Below, in pieces: positions 43,225-58,200 of a stretch of DNA of 64,000 nt (its first letter is position 1; each line of letters starts with the position of its first letter). The stretch is taken from the NCBI GenBank assembly GCA_013265495.1, contig MU058650.1:1333290-1397289 (forward strand). Reading direction: 5' to 3'. The DNA is from Vicugna vicugna. Taxonomy: Eukaryota. A program made the position numbers and the translations under genes. A model generated the notes under the pieces. The model did no database searches. It worked only from the letters and a program-made list of their open reading frames with translations, and was not told the origin of the DNA.

Positions 43225-46200
43225 GAGAAGAAAGAGAAAGAGAAAATAAGAAAAAAGAAACCCAAGTTAACACATTGAACTCAAACAAGGCCAAAAAGCT
43301 AGCTTTCTTATTAAGTTTTATAGAACTTCATATTGGAGTCTTTCATATACTAGAACTTTTTAGTTCATTAGAATTTTAGTTATACAGAAAATAGAGACAA
43401 CTTTTACAAATTCAAGGTTAATAAAATACACTTCAGTGGTACTTATACATTATTTTAGAGCACAAGACATTATACAAATTTAGAGTGTATGAATGTTGAG
43501 ACAAGATAGGACATGCTTTTTATAAGGTGGTCATTACTACTGAACCATAAACCTTAGAAAGCTTTACTTTTCAAGTTTCAAACACTGACTATATGCCAGG
43601 CACTCTACAAACACTACACTTAGTCCTCACAGCCGTTAGGTAAGATGTGTGGTAACATGTCAAATGATGGAGCTGAGACTCAGAGAGGTTATGGGCTTAA
43701 CAATGACCACAGAAGCAATAGGCAGGAGATACAGGAGTCACCCCAGGCTTGCAAGGAAGCAAAGCCAAGACGCTTTTCCTAATACCATTTGCTCCTGTAT
43801 GACATTTTAAACCTTTCTTTCTATTTAGTCCACTTACTAAATGGCTGAACAGACTTAGGAAAAATAGCTTTCATTTATCAGTGCTAACCCTACGTTACCT
43901 TCCTACATGGTTAAAGAAAAAACAGGTAAATTTAATTTTTATACTGCTCCAACACATTAACATTTGTTAGAGTCTATGAGAGAGAAGGCAGCAAATGTGG
44001 AAAAAACCCAAGATGGAGGAGTTGCAGAGTAGTTTGGTAATTCCACAAACAGTGGCTTCCCAGTTTTTCACGTGTTACTCTCCCTGTCAAAACTGGGGTC
44101 CTACCATGGCAGAAACCTCTTTTTCCCAGGGAAGATGTTTATAAATAAATGACTTCGACTTGTTCTGGCAATGCTGTTTCACCTAGACAACTTCTGAGTA
44201 CCACACTGCTAGAGAATGTATTTTGTCAATCAAAACTCGGAGCTGTCTTGACCAGAATGTTCAATTAGGTAGCAATAGCAAAAAATGATGAGATCTCTAA
44301 TCTGAGCACCGAAGGAAGGGCAAGGAATAAGGTTTGAAATTACGACTTTCAAACTTGCCTTAATTTTCTTCTTTTTCATTGGTACTGATGAGTTTGCAAG
44401 ACTTTTATTAGAAGTACGGGAGTTGCGCTCACGCTCATCTAATTCCTCAATTTTCCGCTTTTTTGCGGTGCTCCTTGAAGACGCTCTGAATTGCTGTGTA
44501 TTGTCCTTCAGAGGAGTTGCTGAAGTAGTCCTCGAGATGGCCGCTCTGGAGAGAATCATTAATGTGTGCGCAGCCATGCTGACACTGTTTTCACTGCCTG
44601 TTTCACTGGCCGGGCTGCAGGCGGGCACGTCCGCGCTGACGGGAGGGACCATTGCTTTGGGCGTGCTACTGTCTTCACTGAAACGCCTACTAGAAGGTAC
44701 CTTAATACCACCTGTAGGTTCTTCTTGATGTTTTTCCGCTGCCCCTGAGCCAGGTGTCCGGGGTCCAGGCAAATCAGCACTATCAGTGAGTCTATTTGCT
44801 GGGCTATGCCACTGGATGTCTTGTAGGAACATCTCTGTGCTGTGTTTGGTGAGGGGGTTAATCGAAGAGCTGGCAGACCTGGCTTGCTCTTGCTTTACAT
44901 CCTTCCCAGGTACTCCTCCGGGAATGGCATTTTTACTGTTTGAGGGTGTGCCCTGTTTTCTGGTTAGCTCTTGCAATGAAGCAGTAGCCTTCTCATTCCG
45001 TACACCCCCATTTTGCGGTCCATTAGACAGTTTTGGAGTTTCTGGATTTTTCTGCCTTTCCACATCGCTGCATAATTCATTCTCCTTGTTAGCTGTTGCT
45101 TTATGGAAAGACTCAAGTACAGTTCCTGTTGGTGAAACCTTCTTCTCTGACTGAGTCTCTTTCATGGTGCTGTGTCGGCTAGCGGCAGCCTCTGACTTAG
45201 ACACAATCTTAGGCATAGGAGGCTTCTCTCTTTCTCTTTTGACAGCATTATTAGAAGGGGCTTTTAGGGTGGAGGACACAACAGGCGAGTCCAGATTAGA
45301 AAGAGAAACGTCATTCCTTTCTTTGCTCTGGGACACCATCTTATGGTTTGTCCCCTGTGTATCTGCCCCAGGAGAAGCAGTGCTATCAAAACAGAGCACA
45401 CGTCTGTGGCTTTCGAATGGTTTGCTAGTTGGAACTATACTCTCTACTGAGAAGGGAACTGTGATTTCTTCCAATTTTTTTCCAAGATCTGTGGCCACAT
45501 TTTTGTCAGAAACTTCAGTTCTACAAGGAAAAAAAAGTTGTTTTTTTTTAAAGCAACACAAAGAAATTCCTTATGCTTTTAGCTTGAGCATTCAAATAAT
45601 CTACGATAGAAATTACTTTTATGCTCACCTTTGTGCGTGACATCCAACTAACTGACTTGATGAATCCACCAAATTATTTACCTGCTTTCCTGGAATTATA
45701 AATAAATTAATTAGAAAAGAAAAACTTTCCTGAAAGTTTATTTCTCTGAAAGAAAATGCAACGGGCTACAGTATCAGACGACATGAGAAAAAATTTAAGC
45801 TATAGCTAAAGTACAAATGAAGTACTTTTCACATGCTGAGTTTAAAAAGCAGCTTTGTAGTATATACAATGTGGTCACTCATCCAATTTGCTGAGGATAT
45901 AAGTATAAACATGGAACAAATGACATGCCTCAACTTCAGGCAAATATGAATACAGACTTTGGATCTACGAAGTTTAATGTTCAATGTGGCACTGAAGGGT
46001 ACTACTTAGATCCAAAAAGTTACTTAAGCAAGGTATTAATGCCTGTTTTAAAATTTTGCCCATTTACCTGTCATGTTTGCAATCCTATGTCACTCATAGC
46101 ACATGCTCTGGAATTTTAACAGCCGTATTTTAATTTCTATGGACTTGAGACAGGACGCTAGAAGCAAGAGCAAAGACAAGACTGCGGAGGACCTTGTGTA

Positions 46201-49200
46201 TTATGCAAAAGGTTTTATAGAGAATCCTTAAGAGTTTTAAATAGGGAAGATGCATGAATAGATTTGTTTTAGGAAGATACTTTGGCAGTAGTATAGAAGA
46301 TGAACTGTCCAAGAAAGAAACCTGGAAGTAGGAATTGTAGTAAGCAGAGGAGGTTTCTGGGGAAGAGGTGAGACTCAGATATGCAGAGTATGAAGATCTT
46401 GAGTTACATAAAGTTAAGAAAGGGAGGAGTGTAGTAGTTTAGTGGTGGTCCCATAAGCTACCAATAGCATCATTGTTAGAGGGAATTAAGGAACGTAAGG
46501 TAAGAATGGAAAATGTCCAATGTATCATGCAGAATTAGGAGGCCACAGGTGACTTTAAACAGTTTTAGTGGAAACATGAGAAAGGCCAATAATGTGGATG
46601 AAGAATGAATGGGAGGGAGACGACAGGGGTTGGGGATTAAGGGTTGGCAGTTGGAACAAACCTAAAGGAATGGCGGGAATGATCCCTGTAACTGTAGTTG
46701 GACAGCCACAGAGGGAAGGAGCCAAAAAAATAAAAGCTAAAGATTAAGCTTGGAGATAAAATCATTGGCCTAGAGTGAGGAAGATGGTGACTGGATAGAT
46801 TTGGGAAGACCTGTGAAAATCTGAAACAGTTTGAAGGAGGAATGGGAGAGAAAGAAGACAGGTAGACATTTAAAGGGACTGCTAAGTGGCAGTGAGGGTG
46901 ACATACTTTGAAGTGTTATTGAATGGCACCACTGCTAAAGCAGTGCTGAGAAGCTGAGGTGTAAAGGCAGAGGGGTGGCTGGTTGGAGAGATCCAGGGCT
47001 AGACGGTATCAAGTAGCCACAGCAGAAGAATGTGACTACGAAGGTGTTAAGAGTCCTGGGAAAAGTGGCTGATGCAGTGGGTGGTGGGGTCCAGCCTGGA
47101 GAGGGAAGGAAGTGAACCCAGAAAGGAAGTGAAAGTCCAGGTGAGAGTAAGGATACAAGTAACAGGAGCTCTCACTGGGTGGAGAGATTCAATGAACATA
47201 AGGAAATGAGAATATTTTGAGAGAAGTTCCCTTTACAAATCGTATAGGTCTAACGGGAAGCAGTGAAAAATGAAACATGAAGCTATGGGAGAGGTTGGGT
47301 GAACGGAAGATCAAAAACTTAGAAGTGAAGAGGGTCAAAAATTCTGAGAGTTGGGGTGTTACCTTAACAACACGGGCATTCTGTCGCTCATGGAGACAGG
47401 AAAGTCTGAGGGAGAGAAGCCTGAGAACTTGGTGCAATGATCAAGGCCCTGAATGACAATCTCGTGTTACTTCATATATGCTGTCTTTTACTGAACTGAA
47501 ATGATTAATTCTGAAGTAGTCAACATTATCAAATTTCTCCATTTATAAAGTATGCCTTTTTCATTTTCCAAAAGCAATCCTTTTATCCCCGAGTCATTAG
47601 GATGTTAGTGTCTCACATTTTCTTTTATTGTTTAATTGCTTTGCTTTTCACTTTTAAGTCTTCATCATCTTGGAGTTCATACTTTTGTATATGGTATGAG
47701 GAAGAAATCTATCTTTTCCATGTAACACATATAATAGCCAATAAACTTCACTTTTTGAACAATCCATCCTGTCTCTTCTGACTTCTGATGTTACCCCCAT
47801 GACCCACAAGTTCCTCTAAATATATGGTCTCTTTCTAAACTCTGTTTTCTTCCATTTGTCTTTTTTTTTTCTAATTACTGCAAAAAAATCTTTTAAGCAA
47901 AGGTTGGACAATCAACTGTCAGAAATGTTATTAGTATCAAAAAGATGTTGCTGCAAACAAATGAGTACAGAGACATAAAGGTGACACGAATGAACTTAGA
48001 AACACACCTGTACAAGGCTTGCTTCTTAGTCCCTGAGTCTTCTGAGATTTTGGAGGGATGGGGAACTGAGGGATACTTCTATTGCATACAGGTGCTGCCA
48101 AAGGCATGTGAAGAACCTAGAAGAGAAGAAGCCATTAATTGAACTTTGTTTGAAAAGTGGCCCGAGCCATTTTCAGTTCTTAAATCTTACCTGCCGAGGA
48201 GGAGCAGAAAAGGTATTTCCGTTCTGTCCAACCACAGATACAGGGATCATTCCCACCATTCCTTGAAGTACAGGTTGGACTGGAGAAGCAATTATAATGG
48301 CAGATCCTAAAAAAACCCAATTCTCAATGAAGTGAGATTTTCTTTCATAAATACAAGACGCCAAAGTAATGATTAATTTCAAATAAATTCTATAAAATTA
48401 TAATACCTTTTTCATACTACCTACTCTCCTTTTTAGAAAATTAATTTAGGGACAACAGTAAGGCTCACAAATTAAGAAAAAGTCAATCTGAATATTCACG
48501 TAGTCTTGTGGAATTAAGTCAAGGTAAATATTATGAGTAAGCATAAGATTATACAGCTAGGAAATCACATTATAGTTTGATTCCTCAAGAACGAACAGTG
48601 AAACTGATGAAAAAATGGGTAGTGCAAGTCTCAATATTTTACCAGAAAATTAGGGTCCTAACTGAATACTGACAGTCCAAGACTTGCTCACAACCCCAAA
48701 CTATTATCTCAATGGTATTTCTCAAAAAGCGTCCAGATAAGTGAGCAACCAGTGAAAACTATGGGGGAAAATACAATGTTTATACAGAGAAGTCAACAAT
48801 ATAGCCTACGGCTATCATAATGCAACCCCGCCCTGTAAGGGAATCTTGTCCTAATAAATTCATTACTGTTCCTGTCAGGGTGACCTTACTTTCATGAACA
48901 CCTACCTCAGTCTCTCAAATACCTACCTATACTTGTGTGGCTTAAGACTTCCCCTCCTTTTACTCCAGGTACCACCTTATTTCTCTAAGCTTCAGCTCAA
49001 GTCCCACATTTCCTACCAAATCTGACCCCTCCTTTAATCTTATTTTTTTGGGGGGAGGGGGAAGGAATTAGGTTTATTTATTTATTTATTTTATAGGCGG
49101 TACTGGGGATTGAACCCAGGATCCTATGCTTGCTAAGCATGCGCTTTACCACTTGAGCTATACCCTCCCCCACCTTTAATCTTATATTAAACATCACTTT

Positions 49201-52200
49201 AAATAGATTCATCAGGCTTAATATTTATTTGCTGATATTTAATCTGATTTTATTGCACGCCTAAACGTAAAAAAAAGAGGGGTAAGGAGCTTGGGAACCA
49301 GTATATAGGGAAGTGTAAATGAATGTGCCATAAACTCCACCCCCAAGGAGCATACAACCAAGAACCACTTCCATGACAGGCGTGTCAAAGACTAACTGTA
49401 TATAAAATGCCGTATAGTAACTGCCACAAGTACTCTATAGACAAAGAATTCTAAAGAATTCTCAGAAGTGGAAGACCCTGAGAAATTACAAAGGGTATTA
49501 TGGAGGGAGAAATTCAAGTTATGTCTTCAGTCTCTCCAAATAGGTAATACATTCCTTGAAGACTAAGGTTATAACAGCTATTTAAGAAAAACCTCCTACA
49601 ACACTGTGTTTTATTAAGTATATAGCTATTTGATGAATCAGTCTTTTTTTCTCTCTCTGTTTTGTAGCCGTGGCATGGATTGAGAAGCAACTACGGAAAG
49701 AAAAAAAGCAAAAAACCAAACCACTGAATTTCATAGCTTAGCAGTGAATTAAAAAAAAAGTTTGAATTAATCCATTAAAGAGGAGGAATAATCAGAAAAT
49801 TTCTGAATCTTTTCCTGTACTATTTATCTATGATTTATGACCTTGTAGTCAGTAACTGCACACACAAGAGAAATCAGATCCCATTCCAGAGATGTTCTTC
49901 AAGTTACCTTGTGAAAAGCCGGGCGATACAGCTTGGTTGACTGCAAATACACTGTTTGACCTCGGTGGCGTCTGTAACTGCGGTGGTGGAGACGGAGTAG
50001 TCACAGGTGCAGAACTTCCAGGCAACACCACAACATTTGACTGACTGACAGCTGTTTCTAGGGCTGCTGAATCAGTTACACAGGTAGCTATCAGAATGTT
50101 ATTCGAATTGCCGAAAGTTGTGCTTGTAGCTGGCATCAACTGTATGTATCCTGCATCCTTGGAAACACATGGTGCAACACTGGCTGAAAAAGTAATGCTG
50201 TCGTCACTCTGAGTGTTGCTTACTGCACAGTGCTCAGGTCTGAGTGCTAAAAGGCTCTGGTCCACTGAGGCTGAATCCCCAATTCCCTCAGCAGATGCGA
50301 CAGCACCTGCGGTTTCTTCTGAAGACAGGCATTTAACTACTTCTGCATTTCTAACAGGTGATTTAGCAGGAGCAGACAGAACTATAGTTGGCAAGTTTTC
50401 TCCACTGATGCTAGAAACAGCACTGTTCAGTTCGGTATCTGAGGAGACAAACAGATCATCACTGATGATAATTTTGAGAGAGACTATATTCGACGCGTCG
50501 ACCTCTGTTGAGCTGTCACTAGCAGGTTTATCATCAGTATTGTGGGACTCAGCTTGAGAATCTCTCACTGAAGAACACACAGATTCTGAAGGAAGAGAAT
50601 GTGCCTCTTCTATAGCATTACCTTCTGGAGGCATCAACGTGACCTCCTCGCAGTTATTTTCACCTAAAGAGAGAAAGATACTATCTCCATCTTCTTTTAC
50701 GGAAGATGAAGGCTCTTGTGAATCCAAAGCGACTTTCTCAGACTTGGAGGGCTGAGTTTCATGTTCTGCAGGATTTAACTCAACAGAGGATGAATCATTA
50801 GATGGTTGTTTAACTGAAGATACTGAATCTCCAAGATGATTTTCTACTTTTTGTTCAGATACAGTTAAACCTGAACTTTCAACGGACATCGGTAATATTC
50901 TACTCTGAAGCGCAGAATTATCTTGGCAATCTGAAAGTTGCTGTGATGCAACTGGTAATACATGATTAATTTCAACTTTATTCTGATAAATTTCTCTAGA
51001 ATCTGGTGACTTAGAATCATGGAAATTAGTTGTAAGTTTTCTTGTATCATCAGAACTTTCACTAAATTGACTTTTTTTACATGGTTTTCCAGTTAATGGA
51101 ATATTCTGGGATAAAAGTTGAGAAGTTTTCCCAGAGAGAATTAAGTTTTCATTGTTAGTCTCACCACCAAGGGAAACAAATGACGTTATTGGTATATCAG
51201 ACTGATCAGGCTGTAATCGAGATTCATTCTGTGCATTCGGAGACAGAGAATTCTTTTCAACTTCCAAAGCCATTTCAGTTTCAGCAGACATCTGATTGGT
51301 GTATAATTCAGTACAGTGTTGATTACATTCAGCATCAGAATGTACTCTTTGGTTAAAGTCATTCAAATTAGGCACAGACTCAAAGGGTATATCAAGGTTA
51401 CACTTCTGTTCAGTAGGTACAGCTGTCTTAAAGGCCTTTTTCTGGGTGCCAGAGCTTATCTGGGAAAAATGCTCCTGGGCTTCCTGTCTAAGCTCATCAT
51501 GGTTGCTGCCATTCTTCAAAGCATTTGATGCGTCTTCATTTTGATAGGATGCACAAAACGGGGGCTGACCAGACTGATCATCTGCAAAATATCAGGACAG
51601 TAGAAAGACACTGTGAGAATGTTAACAGTTTCTGAGGTAGTCATCTTCACTGTGAAACCTATCTTGCCGAGGAAGTAACTAATCTTTGACATACCAACAA
51701 GTCTGATAAACTCTCCCTCTCATTTTTTGAGTATCAAAAAACTTACAGGTAATTTTCTTACTCTGATATCTTTCTAAACAAGTGCCAAACTGTTTTTCGA
51801 GCTTTTTAAAAAACAGATGACGTAATGAAGGTAAAAGGATATAGGTTTAAGAATATTTGATATATACCAATATATAAAAAACTGTCTCCAGTTTTTTTTT
51901 TTAAAAACAGCTGACTTTTCAACTCCTATCATTTCTTTTGACCAGACTTTATCTGATATTTTTTTGAAGGTGAAATGGGGCCAAGCACATTCTGCACGAT
52001 TGACATTTGATGTAACTGTGTGCTTTTTAACATTCAACACATATTTATTGAAGGTCAACCATATGATTGGTACTGGGATACAAAGATGAATGACCCAGTC
52101 TCTGCCCTTGGAGAGATCAGTCTAGTTAGGGAGGCAGATACAGAACAGAAAGTCACAATAAAACATGGTAAAAACTACAGCAGTATAGGAACAAAAGGGA

Positions 52201-55200
52201 CCTCCTCCTGCATATAGGATGTGAGAAAGTGTTATAAAAGAGGTATCATACAAGGAGATTTTGACAAATAAGTGACTACAAATAAGCTGGAAAAAGAAGA
52301 AAGGGCATTTGAGAAAATACCAATATACTGTGTCATAACATCATTCAGTTTAGGATAGAAAACATTAGCAATTAACAATATGAATACTGAGAAAAATCCA
52401 GAACAATGTATATAAGCTGTCATATTATTCTGTTAATATGACACTGGTAAAATCATATCGGGGGTAGAACACATGTAAACCCTTATTAAGAGGAGATCAG
52501 CAGAAAGCACAAGTAGGCCACATAAATTCAGGGGGTAGGCAGTTTCAACGAAGTGGGAAGACTGAGAACACAGGATTTCAAGCTTCATTCTGTGCAGGGT
52601 GGAGCCTCCCTGAAGCACAGTCTTCCACACGTAACACATGTGAGAAAGACACATCCTACTACAACTCAGCCTAAGAAGAAATGACGAATTGGGCTTGGGT
52701 ACAGGGGAAGGCCTCAGAGTAGGAATGTAGTCTGAGACATTCCAGAAGTAGTTTTTGGAAGACATGACAGTGAAACTTGGAAGCCATCAGGTTTTCTGAG
52801 GGACCTGAAAGGAGTAATGACATTTAGAAAAAATTTGTTTTTGCATAGTCTGCTGTAGACAGAAATGGACAGAGGTGGTACTAAAGAGGCATAAAGTTTA
52901 GCAAGTGTGAGATGCCAGAATAATGTGGGAGAAGCCACGACGATGGTTATCCCTGAGGAACAGGGATGAAGGGAACAGTGATGGGGAAGGGATACGAAAA
53001 GATGTTGTGTGATGCCAGGGGCATTCTAGTTTTTGACTTGAGAGATGGTTCTATGGGTATTCTCCCTCATTCATAAGTAGTTACTGGGGACAATCATGTG
53101 CCACACTGGTACCATACTGGTATTCTATAGGAAACAGAAATGTAAAGAACCTACTTCCTGGGCACATAGGAATATGACCTGAAACCTCATATAATCCCTA
53201 ATTCAAGACTATCACCAGAGTACACAATCTCCTCTAAATAAGTGAGATATGATACTGATCAGTCATCTATGCTTGCTTACTAGGCAGGGTGATTAATACC
53301 ACAAACCAACCTCATATACTGGGGATTTAAATACATGTCTCAAAAAAATTATGTTCAATGTTTTAGACTTTGGTTCAATCGATCAACACTATTAATACCG
53401 GACAGTGTATATCAAGAGTCTACTGTGTCATGAAAGAATGAGTACTAAAAATTCACCTTTTAGTCAAAGAAATAAAGGCTTGGAAGTAATTTTTTTTTTT
53501 AAATGGAGAAAACTTAGAAATACAAAAATGACCTATATGGGTAATTTTAACAACTTTCAAATTAAACATTTTCTGCCTTTGAGACTTTGAGACTGGTATT
53601 AGTATTTAGATTGATACTAACAAAAGCAAATTCTTACCAGATTCTTCGGTTTCAAAAGAACCTTTAACTGCTAGATTAGTTTCACCTGTTAAGATTACAT
53701 TTGGGTTGGTTTCCATATGCTGACTGGAAATGCCTTGTGATGTATTTTTATTATTCTTTGTTTTACCTGTTAAAAAGGGAACAGGGAAATAATTGGTTAA
53801 ACGACCAGAATAAAAATGAGCATCAGTTTAATGCAGTTTGACAGGGGTCAAGTAAATGTTAAAGTCTGTTTTTAATTACAGTCCTTCGATGCTTTTAACG
53901 TTACCTTGTATATCACTGACTGGTACAATTTTTCCACTGGACCAGTAGCTCTTAAACTTTAGCCTGTATCATAATCACCTGGAGGGTGATTATGCATTTT
54001 TAACATGTTCTCAGATAATGCTCATCTGCTGATTTGGGGACTACACTTTGAGAACTACTGCACTAAGCCATATGACTGAGGGCAATGGCCAAATATTTTT
54101 ATTCCTTTTGCATCATCCAGTTGTGTTTAGTATAATGTATGTATAGTAGCAGACCTCAACACATTTTTGTTGACTGGCAAAAATGCCCACAACTGCCCCC
54201 TCAAACTGTTCTCTACTCTTACAGCTAAAGTTTAAGACAAAAATGAAACAAAAAACTCTTTAATATCCATGTGTTTGCTTTAATGAAAATAGAAACTTTC
54301 CAGATGCCCTGGGAAATGCTGTTTCACTCTATTCAAGCTGCCAAAGAAATTAGAGAAACTTTCTTCTCCTAACTGCCTTGAAAGAAATGGTCTACTCACC
54401 ATAGTCAAATAGATCAAAGAGTGCCTGAAATGCTGGGTCTGATTCTGTTTGTTCCAGTATGTCCTGTATAGCTTCTTCAGACATGTGGATTTCACTCTGC
54501 AAAAACAAAAAATGATCTTAATTGAATCAATATAGTTCAATACCAGCAAAGTAATTAGACGATGTCTAATTTTTTTTTTACCATTTATGTAGTACTCCCT
54601 TCCAAGAAAATTTCTTCTGATTATAACACTATGTTTATTTAAAACAGTATTAGAAAATACAAAGTGAAGTCTCCCTAATTCCACTTCTTCTAGAGTTAAT
54701 CACTTTGGTGAATATATTTCCAAACACTGAAATAAAATAAACATAGGAACTATATGTGTATATAAATACTAAATAAAATCATGCTATAATGTTCTTTATT
54801 ACTTGACATACAGCACTGTGTAAGTTTAAGGTGTACAGCATAATGACTACCTACACATATTGTGAAATGATTACCAAAATAAGTTTAGTTAATATCCATC
54901 ATCTCATACTGATAATAAAAAAAAAAAAAGAAAAAGAAAAAGAAAAAGTTTTTTTCCTTATGAGAACTCTTAGGATCTAGTCCCTTAATTTTCAAATATA
55001 GTTGACTCTTGAACAACATAGGTTTCAACTGCGAGGGTCCATTTATTGACACAATGTTTTCCATACACACATACTAGAGTGCTGCAAGATCCAAGGCTGA
55101 TGGAATCTGCACGTACAGAGCCGGGTGCATGGAAGGCCAACCGTAAGGTTCTAAGTGGATTTTCGACAGCATGTGGGGTCAGCACCCCTACCCCTGGGTT

Positions 55201-58200
55201 CAAGGGTCAGCTGTGTCGCAAACAGCAGTGCTAACTGTGCTCATCATGTTGTACGCCACGGCCCCTGTACTCACTTATCTTGTAACTAGAAGTTTGTATG
55301 TTTTGACCACCTTCATCCAATTCCTCCATCTCTGATCTCATTTTCTATTAGTTTGGTTTTATAACTTTCTTTACCAGCTTTCTTCACATTAGTTTGTCAT
55401 ACACGGCTTTCTAGGCCCTCTGTCTTGCTCCTTTTATGTCTGTTTTGGTCTCTTCATTTTAAATGCTTTCTTCAAATGATGGACAATTCCTGCTTATGTG
55501 CTCATATTTAAAAGGAGCATGCCAGAAGCTACCTGTAAACTCTGTGCCAACGACTGGAAGCGAGTGGGGAAAGCTTATCAACTACTATCTAAGCTGTAGA
55601 GTAGTTACAGAACCAGCTGTGTTTTTAGCTTTTTTCTTTTGAGTGAGTCACATTTCTTGCTGGGAGAGCTGATGGCTGACAGCAGTGTTTTGGGGGCAGT
55701 GTGGATGGGGAGAAGGTACAGTTTAACTACTTCCTAAATTTTGTACCTTATCATCCTGTTTGTCATCCAATCTTTCCATTTACTTTCAGAGGTACTAGAC
55801 ACAGTTGAGCCTTTTGGGATTTCTGTGTTGTAAATGGCTTCTACGTGAGCTTTGCCTTTACTGGCTTAGAACCCTGGGCCTTGGTAAGTCAAGTCAGGTA
55901 CCACTTGCCCATTTCGAATTATAAAAATTTTTTTCTCTGTTCTTTCCTCTTCTCTTTCCTTGTGGGCTTATGCTTTCTAAAAATTCCCTATACTGTCTTT
56001 TTACTAGGGTACGAAACTAGATCTTTAATTCACTATCTCTTTAAAGGGAAGGAACCCCTTTGTTTATATAACTGTGCCACATTTAGCCAATTTCCACTTT
56101 TGTACATTTAAATTTTTTCCTAATTTTCAGTTATGGTGAATAATACAGTGAAAATCTTTATCCAGACATCTGTTCTCTCCCTGGGATAAATTCTTATCAG
56201 TGGAATTACTAGGTCAAACAATATATACATTTAAAATTTTGATAACTCCTGCCAAGAAGCCTTCTAGAGAGGTTGTATAAGAATGCTTATTCTGTTCTGT
56301 GTAACAATGTACATGCTCTTACCAATAATGGGCAATATCAGTTTTTAAGCATTACCAGTTTAATACATAAAAGTAACCTGTTGTCTTAATTTGTACTTCT
56401 TTATTATGGAATTGAATACATTTCCATGTTTATGAACATTTGAACTTTTTTGAAGATCGATATGATTTAAATAGCATGACAAGATTTTTAACTGTGTTTT
56501 AGTGAATCTCAAAGGAAAACTGACAGTATAATTTCAGCTAAAACATTAGATTTCAAAGAAGTTTCAGTACACTCTAGCTAGGAGTATTCATTTTAACAGC
56601 TGGAGATTTAGAAGTATCAATTCCAGTTATCTGTAAATCCTTCTGCAGTGCTGTATTCTTCAATTCTGGTGAAGCATACATTTGGATCCCAAGGGACAGG
56701 AAATTCATGTGGAACAAGAGGTTAAGTGGAACTCTCTTAAAGTGACAAAAACTTGGATTTTTTGAATAAAAATGGCCATAAAATGAAAAGAAAATCTTGA
56801 AATTAAAGAATCAGTTAACTTTGACTAAGAAGATGTATTGAGAACATCAATAATTCTTGATGAAATGTGACTTAGGAGAAGGCCAGGAGCTTGAACAAAT
56901 ACTTCTACATCCATGAACTTGAAAATTTACAGTAATGTAAATAATGTCAAGTGTCAACATTGCAACGTTAATCAAACTATGAAGTGGTGCGTACCCCTTA
57001 TAAAAGTTACTGTTGAAGAAACACATTTTCTAGTAAATCTCTCATTTCATTCTAAACTTTAAAAATTAGAATCAAAAGAATCCTGAAATACGTGTCCCAA
57101 AGGTACTTGGCAGTGTGCTTCTTAATTTTCTTTAATGATGCTTTTTAAAAGTTGATATTTAAAATTTTAAGGAATCCTTTAAAAAAAAATTAGTGATTTG
57201 TATAGCCCGAGAAATCTCACCTACCCAAGGTCATAAAGACTTGTAAATATTTTAAAAATTTCTACTTCACCTATTTGTACAACGTGCTCTGTTCCCTTCT
57301 TACTGAAGCTGATGTATTTCCTGCTCCTCTGGGCATGATGTGGGTGTGTTCTTTCAAAGTTATTGAAATCTGAATTTTTACCTTTTCCCAAATCTATAAT
57401 ATAATGAACAACCATGAACAGAGGGTTGTGTCTTCACTTTCTTATAATCTCTCACAGTATCTAACAAAGTGCCTTGATTATGGTAAGCACCTGATGTATC
57501 TGTGGAGAAAATATAAGCAAAGAGTTGAAGACAAAAATTTAGATCAGGGGATGTACTAAACATTACGGTGGCAGAAGCTTTTTAAAGATGGCTAAATAAC
57601 TGAAAGGCTGCTTTCAAATGTTTGTCATATTTTGTTAAATTTACTCAATTTCACTATGGAAAAATATAAAAAAATTTTTTTTTAAGTATTCTGAAGGAAC
57701 TGACAAAAACAAAACCCAAAGCCCCCCCAAAACCCAAACTCAGTGGTTTTATCCAGAATTAATCATCCAAAAGAAAAGTGCTATCATGAATTCATGATAA
57801 TAAATTCATTTTGTGGGCATAGCAAGAGAAACGATTACACTGCCCAAGAGTCCAACTTAAAAGGATATGCACTAGCCACAATCTCAGCTGCTCTTCAAAA
57901 AAGATATTTGCACGAGGACAAATCTTAAAACACACACTGTTAAATTCTTCACCAGCTCACCCTCTTTCAACCTTCACTTCCACTGAACAGCAAGTGACCA
58001 CAGCCCCTATCTTCCTTCTCTTAGCAGTAAATCTCACACGTAATTATTCATTTAGTTAATAATCCTTTTTAAGTGGCTTGTTCATTTCTCTTTGTTAAAT
58101 ATTACTTGGATTCATCATATCTCTTTAACATATTTCATTGTTTCTTTACATTTTTATACATTTTGCAGCAGTGCAGAAAGAATGTAATTTATTTTATATA

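Noticed and set aside
43119..43379. Poly-Lys ORF
   Set aside because: Translation of the A49/purine tract, antisense to the NPAT acceptor.
44423..45640. Plus-strand ORFs (101-158 aa) antisense to NPAT exon 17; likewise 50213..50557
   Set aside because: Shadow ORFs of a long coding exon with no independent signals.
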